NCBI RefSeq assembly: GCF_963676685.1
Contig: NC_092349.1
Location: forward strand, 69,130,001 to 69,194,000
From: Mytilus edulis
Taxonomy: Eukaryota
Length of the DNA: 64,000 nucleotides
Direction of reading: 5' to 3'
Below are positions 1 to 13,100 of the stretch, in pieces (within the stretch, counting starts at the first letter, position 1; each line of letters starts with the position of its first letter). The position numbers and the translations under genes were made by a program. The notes below the pieces were generated by a model. The model saw nothing but the letters and a program-made list of their open reading frames with translations, had not been told where the DNA came from and ran no database searches.

Positions 1-1668
1 GAAAGGTTTCTTATTCATATTACAACAACTTAATAAAATCTATAACATGCTGTTTTCATAGCATTGGAAATAAATATTAAAGTAAGAACACTGCACATTT
101 GTAAATCACTTATGTCATATGATGAACTAAAGCTAAATATTATATCACGAAAATCGTGATGATGAATGTCTTTGTCATTTTGAACCTTAATTATTTCCCA
201 CTGTTAGCTGATAACATCTATTTAGGAAACGCATTAGGATAGGAGAAGCAATTTCTGGAACATCGCATCAGCTGAGAGATATGTAGTCTATATGTATGCA
301 TTGCAAGAATGTTTCTAAACAGAACGACGCTAGTTCGTTTGTTTTCAACCGACTATCTATGTCAACTTTTAGATGTAAGTTAAAATTAGAGAATGAATGA
401 TCTGTATCGGTTTTATCCTTTATTCAAAGTTCGATTAGATATGTTCAACGTAGTCACCAAAATTTGAATAATTCAGTGAAAGGACACAATATAAATAGCC
501 AAACGAGAAGTTAAAAGAACGTTCTAGCTTTTTCTCTTTCCCACTAAGAGACTTCTGCACAAAGTAAATGTCATTTAAATAAAGAAACAAATCGGCAAGA
601 AGAGATGCACGGTTTGTTTAGATGGGAATGCAGACTGGTTGTTGAAATGCATATTGTTGCATCAGTGTTTCTGTTGTGTCGTTCTTTTTCTCTTATAGTT
701 GATGTTTTTATCTCAGTTTTAGTTTGTAACCCGGATTTATTTTTTTCCAATCGATTTATGACTTTCGAACAGCGGTATGATACTGTTGCCTTTTTTAGTA
801 AGCAACCTTAGACATTTCGTTTGTTGTTATTTCAAGAAGTTTTTGATTTTTATCTCGCTGCAATTGATTCTATTTGAAAGTTACTTTGTACTAGAGATGT
901 TCATTTCAACGAAGTTAATATTGACGAAAAGGATCGTAGAAGTCACCAGAAATACTGGAACTAATCACCCTTAAAAACGAAAATAGCTTTCCAATATCAC
1001 AGCTAATTAATTAAATAAGTACTGTTCTAAAATAACTGCAAATGGTTCGCTAAAGCTTACCCTAACATTGTAAATTATGTTTCGACTTGTTCTGTTCATA
1101 CATTTCCCCGTTTAGATATTTTTTTTTTGCAAAAAAAAAAAGAATTGGTGTTTCAAATCCCTGTAAAACAATATACATAAAACAATGGTTATGAAACACA
1201 AAATTGACTCAATGTAGGTGATACTTTCCTGTATATCTAATCGATTGTCGTCACATGCCCGTATGATATATAATCTCGTTGTTTATTGTCTTGAAATGCG
1301 AACAAACATTCCTTAAGCATTGTGTCCTTCTTCATAAACAAAAGTATCAGCTTTTTACGGTTATAAGATATAAGATATAAACATCAATATATGTTACGTA
1401 GTATGTAATTGTTATATCTACGATGATGTATTGACTTTGTCTCGTTCTCTTAAATGTCCTTAAAAGTACAGTATTTAGTAATCATATTTTCCCTATTCGA
1501 TTTAGTTATCTGCTGTCTGTTTTCATTTTACTCAGGAGAAATGGAAAACAGCATTTCTATATAAAACATTTGTCAGAATGAAATTGTCAATAGGTGTTTG
1601 CCCGTTTATTAAATATCATTTGGCATATAGACAAACAGAATCATAAACAAAAGACAGTGATTTACATA

Positions 1669-2048
1669 CACAGCTACTTTTGCAAAGGTACTATTTCTGT
1701 ACCAAAAATCTAAAGGACTGGGAATGTACTTTTAATATTCAGTACTATTTTGTTACTTTTAATTCTTCTAATATTTAGGTGTCTGTATATTACAGAACTT
1801 TATTTGTAATTTTAATTCAAGTGCTACAGATTTTTGGTCACACCGTTACATTTTCAGCATTTTGAAGGTTTGTCTATTTCATATTTCTTAATTTTATTTT
1901 TTTTTGATTTTCAAATATTGAATATTGTGATCACTGTTGGTATTATTTCTGTTCCAAATTTTGGAGTATTAATCAACCACTGTAAAAGGTACCTTAATAT
2001 TACAATAATTTTTAGTACAGAAATAGTACCTATGCAGAAGCAGCAGTG
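1669..2048. mobile_element. Non-autonomous DNA transposon (MITE) with CAC termini, ~41-bp imperfect TIRs and TA flanks; CACTA/EnSpm-like
   Basis: Left end cacagctacttttgcaaaggtactatttctgtaccaaaaat matches the reverse complement of the right end (cactgctgcttctgcataggtactatttctgtactaaaaat). TA lies on both sides (1667-68, 2049-50). No coding capacity. Confidence 0.75.
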
Positions 2049-2544
2049 TAGATAAGTTAACGTGAGAACAGTTTATTTTATACAGTCGAAAAAAATGTTC
2101 ACTTTTTTACTAAGACTATTAATATGTCATCTGGTTTGTGTTAGATGACATGTGTTTAGAAAATATTTGCTGATAAGATCACTAACAATGAGATTTGTAG
2201 AACAATCTGACATTCAAGTTTGAATGCATATAAAAATGTGTCATGCATTAGATTAATGATGTTGTCCTTATACAATAAAAGACGATCACAATTTGATTTT
2301 ACAAGTTAAAAAATATATAACTGATATAATTTATCAATTATTTCCTTCTGTCACACGATCAAATGAAATATTAATAAATGTATTAACTTCACAAAAGCAA
2401 TGCCAATATAGGTTTGACAACAACGCCTACTAAGGAAGGTACAATGATGTTTTTGTAATTATAGGAAATACAAAATAAACATATCAGATATTGTTCTTAT
2501 AGCATGTCTAGTTTCTTTTAATACAAAAGTAAAATACAATTAAC

Positions 2545-2745
2545 CGTTTCATGTTATATTTGTTACTCTCATCGGATTTTGTCTAAATTAAATGCTTAGT
2601 TCGTTTCTGTGTGTGTTACATTTTAATGTTGTGTCGTCGTTCTCCTCTAATATTTAATGCGTTTCCCTTGGTTTTGGTTTGTTACCAGGATTTTTTTTTT
2701 GTATCGATTTATGAGTTTTGAACATCGGTATACTACTATTTTATT
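2545..2745. repeat. Dispersed repeat family C (copies also at ~660-795, ~39953-40270 reverse, ~51890-52080, ~59565-59610 reverse)
   Basis: Shared string ...tcgatttatgagttttgaacatcggtatactactgttgcctttatt recurs in both orientations. Boundaries approximate. Confidence 0.7.
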
Positions 2746-3899
2746 CATAATCGGATGCATCATGGAAAATATTTTCAAAAGCGTACATCAAAACGTTGTG
2801 ATTGGCTTATTACAACCTGCACACTTGAAATTCAACTAATGATGTGAGATTATTGTCATTCAAGGACACAGCCAATGACATTATCCATGGTTCTTTAGAC
2901 TCTCTATCACCATACTAGAACTGCATAGACGTTATGCGAACGATAGCATGATGAAAAAGCTATAAAAACCAAGATTTATGATGAAAATGTGTTTGCAATC
3001 ATCCCAAGCCCAAATCCCCCAAAAATAAAAAAAAAAATAAAAAATCATTAGGATCATCACAACAATTTTAAACACTGAACAACCATGAAATAATTTCGAA
3101 ATGCCGTCTAAAGGCATGAAGATCTTGAAAATCTAGATAGGTGACCAAAAATCGAAGATGAAAAAATATCGGGATACAAAAGACACACAACATAAAAAAA
3201 TATTATTCAATAGGGACATGTCCCTAATTAGAGCAATACATTATTAAACAGCCATATATATACTTGATTTTATGATGGTTCCTTCCTCGTGTCACCAAAG
3301 GCTGTAAAAGCTTACCACAACAACACTATGAGCATCCCTCTTATTTCATAGAGTAGTCACGCAAGCATTTCTTTTTAAATCAACAGACGTTAATATGTTT
3401 GTAATGAACACCATATCGAATGACTGATTAAGTACTTGCGTGAAGGGTCGTAGAACTTTGGCATTTCACGGATGTTGAAGCATTAAACTAGCTTAGTGTA
3501 GCTGCCTTCATAGACACTAGGTAATCAGTGCCTCTTTTGTCGGTATACACCGGATTTGTTTTAATGTGTTTAATTTACACGGATGTCTTACATTCCTAAA
3601 TGATTTATACAACAGGTTAATATCCAATATATTAATATACATGTTATGTATCTTTCGACACCTGCAAACCTCTTCCCCTCTCCATCCAGTACTCATAAAT
3701 GGTGTAACTCACATGCGGGCATTTTCCAGTTCACAAATTTTTTGTATATTTCATCGTGAACCTTTCATAAAAACGTTGACAAATTTGAAGCGGCATATTA
3801 TTTTATACAATTTTTGTGAACATATACTAAATGAAATGATAAATGCATAATATATATTTATATATGGAGACATATACTACCCTCAAAACATATTGCAAC

Positions 3900-4866
3900 C
3901 AACTCTATAATGAATGTTAAACATATACAACTCTATAATGAATGTTGAACACATACAACTCTATAATGAATGTTGAAACACATACAACTCTATAATGAAT
4001 GTTGAAACACATATCACTCTATAATGAATGTTGAACACATACAACTCTATAATGAATGTTGAAACACATATCACTCTTTAATGAATGTTGAACACATACA
4101 ACTCTATAATGAATGTTGAACACATACAACTCTATAATGAATGTTGAAACACATACAACTCTATAATGAATGTTGAAACACATACAACTCTATAATGAAT
4201 GTTGACCACATACAACTCTATAATGAATGTTGAAACACATACAACTCTATAATGAATGTTGAACACATACAACTCTATAATGAATGTTGACCACATACAA
4301 CTCTATAATGAATGTTGAAACACATACAACTCTATAATGAATGTTGAACACATACAACTCTATAATGAATGTTGAAACACATACAACTCTATAATGAATG
4401 TTGAAACACATACAACTCTATAATGAATGTTGAAACACATACAACTCTATAATGAATGTTGACCACATACAACTCTATAATGAATGTTGAAACACATACA
4501 ACTCTATAATGAATGTTGAAACACATACAAGTCTATAATGAATGTTGACCACATACAACTCTATAATGAATGTTGAAACACATACAACTCTATAATGAAT
4601 GTTGAAACACATACAACTCTATAATGAATGTTGAAACACATACAACTCTATAATGAATGTTGAAACACATACAACTCTATAATGAATGTTGAACACATAC
4701 AACTCTATAATGAATGTTGAACACATACAACTCTATAATGAATGTTGACCACATACAACTCTATAATGAATGTTGAAACACATACAAGTCTATAATGAAT
4801 GTTGAACACATACAACTCTATAATGAATGTTGAACACATATCACTCTATAATGAATGTTGAAACAC
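3900..4866. repeat. Minisatellite, 28/29-bp unit ACAACTCTATAATGAATGTTGA(A)ACACAT, about 34 copies
   Basis: Direct head-to-tail repeats with no unique spacers. Unit variants end gaaacacat, gaacacat or gaccacat. Confidence 0.97.
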
Positions 4867-7800
4867 AGACATGGGATGCATGATCTGCATACTCTTCCAG
4901 AGCAAATGCAATCATTCATTTTTTTTGTGAAGTATGTGTTACTCTGTCTTAAAGTTTATTTGATGTAATTTGGTCTTTACGTTCGTATTTTGACATTGCG
5001 TTTTCAGAATTTAATCAACTTATACATTTGTTTGTGTGAGTGTGATTTCTCCATTAATGGAAATAAAATGTATATTTCAAAATTCGAAATTTGCTCTACA
5101 TCAGTGATAAAGTAGTTCTTATCACAGATATTTTCAAATAGTATTAAAAATAAAAGTTAGAAAATAGGTTGGAAGAGATTTCTCTCATAACACAGAAATG
5201 AGGAATATTTATCATATTTTGCTAGAGTCAGCTGCTTTAATATACATAAAAAACACATATACTTTTAGCAGAATCACAGATGTTTTCCATTGGTGAGGTT
5301 AACTTTTCATTGTGATATAGATATCTCTATTAGATAAGATGCGACAAACACAGATTGATTAAAGTTTTTTTCTGTGATTGAATAATGATAATCTTGTCAA
5401 TGCAGCATTTTTTTTTTGTATAAATAGTACTTTTTTTTAAATAAAAAAAAATTGAATTCAGGCATATCTCTATTGAATTATGATTCAACATTAAAATGAT
5501 CTAAAATGTTTTGTGGCCAATCAAAATGACAGTTTATATGACAGTATTACAACACAGAGATACGTTTCCATACTCAAATTAAGTTTTAATAGAGTCAACA
5601 TAAAGCCTTTTGAGAGACTACCTGTCTTGTAAAATGAATACATCATGTACATGTTTGATATAAAGACGTCTACAAGCTTTTAACATAATTATGTAATTAT
5701 ATCCTGTTAAAAGTAATATCACAAAAAAATACCGAACTTCGAGGAAAATTCAAAACCGAAAGTCCCTAATAAAATGGTAAAATATCAAGCTATAACACAT
5801 CAAACAAATACATAACAGCTGCCATATTCCTGACTTGGAACAAGCATTTTTGTAAGGAATTTATCCATCTGTCATTATATGATAGAATGCAACCAGATGC
5901 CCATGTTTTTCCCTATGGATGTATAATTCAAATACAATGCGTGGACATCAACTTTCTCGTAAAGGACATATGATTTGCTTGGTTTGCATTAAAGGTTACA
6001 CTCAATTATGTTCTGTCCACAGGTCTTATTAATATCAATCTTGCTATACGGATTCAGCTGCCGATTTCTCATCACTTACATCACTTTCCAACTAGATCTA
6101 GTGAGTCATTTACAAACTGCTAACAATACCATTGTTCCAGCATCTTACTGACACGCACAAAACATATTGTGTCTTTCAGTAAAATCACCAGAAATTGTAG
6201 TCAACTCATAGATTGAAAATAAAAATGACACTGCCATGGCTAAAAAAAACAAATAGTTGTACACAAGACACATTATAGAAAACTCAAAACTTAGCAATAC
6301 AAACCTCACTAAAACTGGGGTGATTTCAGGTGCTCAGGAAGGTTAAGCTGATCCTGCTCCACATGTGAAACCAATCGTAAGAGGGGATCTACATTTATAT
6401 CAGATTGTGCAATTGCATCCCTTATTTCAGTTTAACAAGGTTTGTATGCCTGTGACTAAGTACGTTTAAACTTTTTCCCGAGTAAAAAATGCCATGCTTT
6501 TTTTTTAAAATTAATGGCATAATTTATAAATAAATGTATACAGTATAAATAGTATGAATGTCAATATTGTATACCAGTTGACAGCCACTTCCTTAAACAT
6601 TGAACCATACTTGAACCAAGGCCAGGTAAACTACATGTTTCACTTTGTAAATACAATTGTTTCTTATACCACGCCTCTTTTTGGGAGGTATATAAGATAT
6701 AGATAATTTAATTTGATTACGCACTGGTTCCCAGCTATGATCTCTATATTTATTTCATAGAGTGATAATCTTGGACTGTTACCAGTTTAAAACACATAGT
6801 GTTGCGGTGAAAATTAAATTCTCAAGTAGGCACAAAGACGAGGTACAAAAAAAAATGTAGGGGTAATGCAGAATTTTAGTATAAGTTTAAACCCTAACAA
6901 GTTCGGGGCATATACATGTTTAAAAAATACTGCGCAACCCTATATTTTGACCTTTGAATATAATGGTAGTGCATGTCAACTTTCCATTCTAGAAATTCTG
7001 TTTCGAAACTTTATGTACAAATGATCTTGGAATCGATATACATATTCGTATATTATTCCACCGAACGAATCGAAATGATAATTTACTAATGGGGTGGTAA
7101 TTCAACTGAACGAAATGAAATTTCTTGTACGTTTCATTACCATTTACCACCGTTAACACAATCACTACACTATAACTGTAATTTACAGCACGGGAGTCAC
7201 ATTAACAAGTATATCTATGATGGAAGACCGTAAAACTATCGTCTACGCCGTAAATATATCATTTGTTTAGGGCTATCACAATGCACATTAATCCTTTATA
7301 ATCAACTGTGGTTGACTTTATCATTATTTCTGTTAAAATTCATATAAACAGTTAGTCAATTTAAAACCAAACCAAAATTCAGCTATAAAACTATTTGAAT
7401 CTACACTCAATGAAACATATGCTACGATGCTTATTTTATCAGAAAATTGAAAAAAAAAACTTATGTTTAAACTGGTAGGAATCTGCAATTAAATATTCAA
7501 AAGTTGTATGGCATATCAAAAATTTACAACTAATTTTACACAGTTGAACATGCAACCTTTACCTATCATAAACACTTTTATTATAAAAACATATTATTTT
7601 GACAGTTTAAATGTTATCTTGATAATTTGGAATAGAATGCATATGTTTATTTCGAATGTATTTAATCAAACGTATATATCAGGATTGAAAGTGATAGTAT
7701 ATCGAAGTATTCGAAGTGTTTGTTAACAGATGATACCGTGCAAGGATTAAGAGTGGTTGTTAAAGCTTTCTTTTGATAAAAATAAAAAAAATAAAACCAT

Positions 7801-10099
7801 AAAAACACATATTTAATATCACCCCTAGTGGATAATTCAAGGCGACCGTAATTTACCGTCGTTCAAATCGTGAAAATAGCATATGAAAATTGAAGGATAA
7901 ATTTCAAAAGGAGACCGATCTGTTGCGTCAGCATGATAAGCATTGCTTGTTGTACATTCATCATCCACCATGCGAGTTCACAATTAGCGTCATAAGAATA
8001 ATGATACAAACCGTAAAACCATAGATCCCATCGATTACTATATACTGGTTTTAATATATACAAAGACAACGAAAACATGTTTCTTGTGATAAAGACACCG
8101 AGACGTAGTATCGGTCAACCAATGGATAATGGTAAATGTTAAACGACTGAAGTGTCGATTTCAGTCGTTCTCCGCAATCACATTGTATTGATAATTCTTT
8201 AGGTTTTATAAACGCAGTCCTTTTTTATCAAGTTCGTAAGGTGTGGACCTGCACGAACATAACGCATCAATTGATATCTGCAAACGCCATACACCATAGC
8301 AAAGGTTTTTTTCACTCCTGAGTAATGGAATGTTGACAATTTGAAAGTGGTTGTTCATTATGTTTAGCACATACTCAAGTTTTAGGCCGTTCATCTGTTC
8401 CAAACCTTCTGCTTTAGGTAGTCTCGTTTAGATAATGAAATGGAAGCACTTATTAAAGTCTCAGTTATTAACCACGGAAAAAAATCACCAAACCTGAAGT
8501 CTTATAGAACTTCACAAGGCGCTTTTTCTTTCATTGTCTTCTATCAGGTTTTGTATGAATTCTGCTGCATTTGACTACACAAACAAGTGGGCCAGTAGTA
8601 GTGCACTGTTAGTATACTTGTGTACCTATCATAATAGAGAACGAATGCTATTGTTAACGAACAACCTTACATGTACATAGGTACGTAGGAGGTAAAGTAG
8701 GTTCAACTCAACCACATGATGTCACAATATTCACATAAGTGGAACTAATGTCAGGTTGTATCTTTTTAATTTAAACCCTAAACGAATAAATTTAAAATGA
8801 AAATGTCTAATCGTCAATTTATGATATAAAACAAATTTAACCCAAATAATTATTTTCACACTCTAATTATGATTTTCATTTAATGCGAAAGTAATTTGAC
8901 GAGAAATTACAAGTCTCAGTCACGATTAAAACAACGTACAGTGTTCAAGTGTTTTTTGTTATCAATTTTAAAGTATGTTAGATTCGACATCACTTTAAAT
9001 CAATGATCAAATTAACAATAACACCATCAAAACATAATAAGATAATGTATTGTATGCGACTGTTGGTGTTTAGCTGGCTACTAAACCAGGTTTAATTCAC
9101 TGTTTTAATACATTCTGGATTAAATAAACTACCAATTTTACAACGTTACCAAATTGTTTTATATATGCTATTTCGTTTTTTTTTAAGCAATCAATGTGGT
9201 AAGATTTTTCGTGTAGTTGAAGACAGAACGATGAAATATTATTGCTAAATCTCCGCGTAATTTTATCCTTTATGAGGATTTGCCTCATTTGGAATCATAC
9301 CATATGTTCTTTCTTTTAGACCTAGATGCTTGATATAAACGTAGGACTACAGTTCACAATTTTGCCCTTCGGATGTAGAACATGAATTAAGTATTGTTTT
9401 AAGATTGTATCCAATGGGTCAAAATCTCTGCTAGTGGACAATCCATCCTCGATGACATCATCAGCTCAGTTGTCAGAACTGCAGTACCGACATGTTTTAT
9501 ATTTACCCTCCCAAAATTGTCTTTTGATTGAAATACAATAACATGTTTGCAACTCTACCAAAGTTGACGCTAGATGGATTTAAGAATTTCCTCATTTTTT
9601 AACTATTTTTTTTTAGTCATATTGTTCCTTATCTTTTTTCATTTTATATATTATTGGTTTTAAGATAGTCGGCTTTGAGTGTTCTTGTTCAAGGTTAATA
9701 TAGAACAGCATATCGATTTCAAATATGTGCGGTGGATGCACTTTTTTGATTTCAATGTGATCAGGAATTCTCCAAACTAAATATTTGAAATAAGATTTTT
9801 AATGTAAATATGATTATTTGACATGACGGGGTCTGATTAATTTTCCTTGACCTTTTCTTAAAACTCATTAGGAATCATGATTGAGGATAATGAATTTGGT
9901 TCATCAAATCATTTATTATATGGTAACCAGATGTGAAATATGTCAAAAGTGGCACAAAATCAATTGCTAGATAATCAGATTTGGAGAAAATCTTGACCTT
10001 GTCTTATCTGTATTGAATACGTGACAATGAAATATCCATGCAGTGTCATTGTCCTTTGTACTTAATAGATTAAACACCAATTTTACGCTTTACAGTTTT

Positions 10100-10101
<2 letters not shown>

Positions 10102-10172
<71 letters not shown>
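10102..10172. repeat. (AT)n microsatellite, ~35 units
   Basis: Pure alternating AT run. Confidence 0.99.
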
Positions 10173-10175
<3 letters not shown>

Positions 10176-13100
10176 GACCAACCAGAAATGCAATTAGAAT
10201 ACAGTAAAAACTATATGTTTATCAGTATTTGCTGTAATACCCTTGTACATGAGGCAATCAGCGGCAACATTAGTCTACACGTACATATTCTTAAAATCCC
10301 ATTAGCCAATTAATATATTTACACTCTTGGTATATTACTCAGAAAGACATTATATCTGACCCAAAATAAACTTATGTCGTCGAGGAACAACCACTTATGA
10401 AATATGACATCATTTAGTTCAAAATTGAGATGAGAAAGTTTACTGGAATCAATGTAGTGGAACTTAAATCACTGGTGAATCGCATTTGATAAAAAGAAAA
10501 GCAAAACGTATGCGTCTTCCGTTTCGAATTTTCTCGGAGTTCTTTTAGTTTTTTTTTTTTTTTTCTATTTTTAACTTTTTGCTGTTTTCAGCAAACAAAA
10601 ATTGAATCGATACATACAGTTAAAGTGTCACGTCTGGAGTAGAACACAACTGGTAAAATCACGATTCTTGCAATATCTATTTGTATCGAAAGACTTAGAA
10701 AATATGGTTCTAGCTAATTAAGACACAGATACATCAAACCAGACAACCTATTCGTATTGACGACCGTAAATTATATGAAGTGTTAAAACAATTGCAACGT
10801 TTTTGTATTCTTTCTTGAAAATATTACCCAGACTGCATTAGATTCTAAAACAGTGAATTTAATAGAGGATATGTGTATGCTGAATAATATGAAGTTGATA
10901 ACTAGAAGAAAAGGCGACATTAATACAAATATTGTTAAATACCTTTGTTTAAGACTTTTATTTTTTTTAAGGATTAGTACATTTGTTAGGCTAATTAATG
11001 TATGACTGTATTTGAAAAGTAGCTTTGAACCTTCATAATGTTGAGTATACCTGAATATTAGATCGTTCGTTGAGAAAGGGAGAAAGCTTCTTCTGTACTT
11101 ACTCAGACATAACATGTACTTATAAAAGATTGGCAAGATCACTTGACATATATATCCTTTTATGAAACATATAGCTTTAAGGAAAAATGATTCATAATAC
11201 AGATACTTTTAGATCATAATTTTGTTGTTTTTACAATCCAATAAGACATAGTGCGAATAGACAGGTCTTTAGTTCGGAAAGTTCATCTTTGTTATCAAAT
11301 AATCACAAGATTGAAAAATGTACAAGTGGTTTTCTTTGGTTCGTATTTTGTTTTTTTTTTCTTAAATTGTATTGTTATTAATATGGCTCTAAATGTTTGC
11401 GTTTGAACTCGTTCATATTTATCGTGTAATGGCCTTTTAACAGTGACTATAAGGCATGGGCTTTCTTGTGGTTCAAGACAGTAAGATGGCCTATATCCAA
11501 GTCATTTTATCTCTGGGGGATTTTATTTTGATACGTTTTGAACATATCATATGATGGTCATGGGTTTTATTTAACGAATATAAAATTTACAGTTAGAAGG
11601 ATACATTTTCTGTCAATGTAAAGTGTAATTGCTCCCTTCAGCTGTATACAGTATATGCATTAAATATACAGTTTTATAAGCCATAATTAATGACTTGGAT
11701 GTCGTATGTTGTTCTTTTGAGTAGTCAGCAGATTTATATTGATCATGGTCTAAACTTTTGATATGATGGCATATTTCACTTACAAAGGAGTAAATCGATA
11801 ACATGATTTTGAGTGTGGTTTTACAATGTGGACTTCAGTCATACTGCAAGTGCATGCAACGTGTTTGGTTTGCGATTTATCAAGATTATAGTCATGTGGT
11901 AACTTTTTTTCTATCATTAACAAATTGAAATTAGAAATATCAGGACATTTTTTGTATTATATAGATAACATAAGTCGACTTCTAAATACTGTCAAAATAA
12001 CACACCCTTATCTACAGTAGTAAGTGAAAATAACATCCAGTTTTAATAAATTCACTGCCTCTGATATAAAATCATCACTTGTGTATGTAAAATTAGTTAT
12101 AGTTTAAATCATGAGTTCAGAAATAAAAACAAAAAATAAGTTCATTTATTTTCGGATACTATTGTGTACTATTCCTAAAACAATATAACTCATTAATGTA
12201 TATGCATCAGCCCAACTTGGCAGTAGATGGCACATAGATTGTCAAATAATAGCGCTTTTTTTCCCTTCCCAAATTAAGATTTTTTTCATATATGCACGTG
12301 ATTGTAGTGACGTCTCAGATTCAGCGAGCGTAATTCGTTCAATACTATCTTTAGATCACGCATAAGTAAATGGTCATCAAAATTTGTTATAGTGATGTAA
12401 ATAATGATAACCTGTAGGTGTTTTAGCACTCTATGGAGTTATTAGAAAGAAGATTGTTATTTACGCTAAGCAGCGGTCTGAAAAACTATCATATTTTTTT
12501 CGCAAAGTTTCAATTCTCAACATGCGTTATATTTATGCGTGCTTTCATATTTAGTGTTCAGTTCATCTTATGGCGTTGATGCTAAATAGTTTCTGGTTTA
12601 CGCTCCGATGTGACGTATTTAGAACTTGACATATAGTAGTTTACTTACACTTTTTCTGGTATTCTCAAAATCATGTGTTTGACAAATGCCTGTTTTTCCT
12701 TTTAATGTAACCTGTTAGATGAAATCATAAAAGTTGTATGGCTGTAACTTTGTATCAGTGACTAGCTTCTATGTTGAAATATAATATTATGACACAAAGG
12801 TCGAATTTAAGCCACATATAAAATGTGCGTAAACTTTAATGAGATTGCAGACAAAAATATGAAGGTAATGATAACAAAAAGATTCAAATACATATGGATA
12901 CATTTCGAAATATGTTGTTAAAGTATTTTTTAATGGACTGACTTAGTTGAAAAAACATAAAGACCGCTTTTTAATAAATACAAACCAAAATTTATTTCTA
13001 GCAAATAACTTGTACAAAGAAATAATATTTCTTATTAGTAAACTGTTGTTATTGTTTTGGTAAAAAAAACAAGAACAAACCGACAAACAAAAACATAATA

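Noticed and set aside
3900-4866. 28/29-bp repeat containing GTTGAAAC resembles a CRISPR repeat
   Set aside because: Units are contiguous with no unique spacers, no cas genes are present, and the context is eukaryotic.
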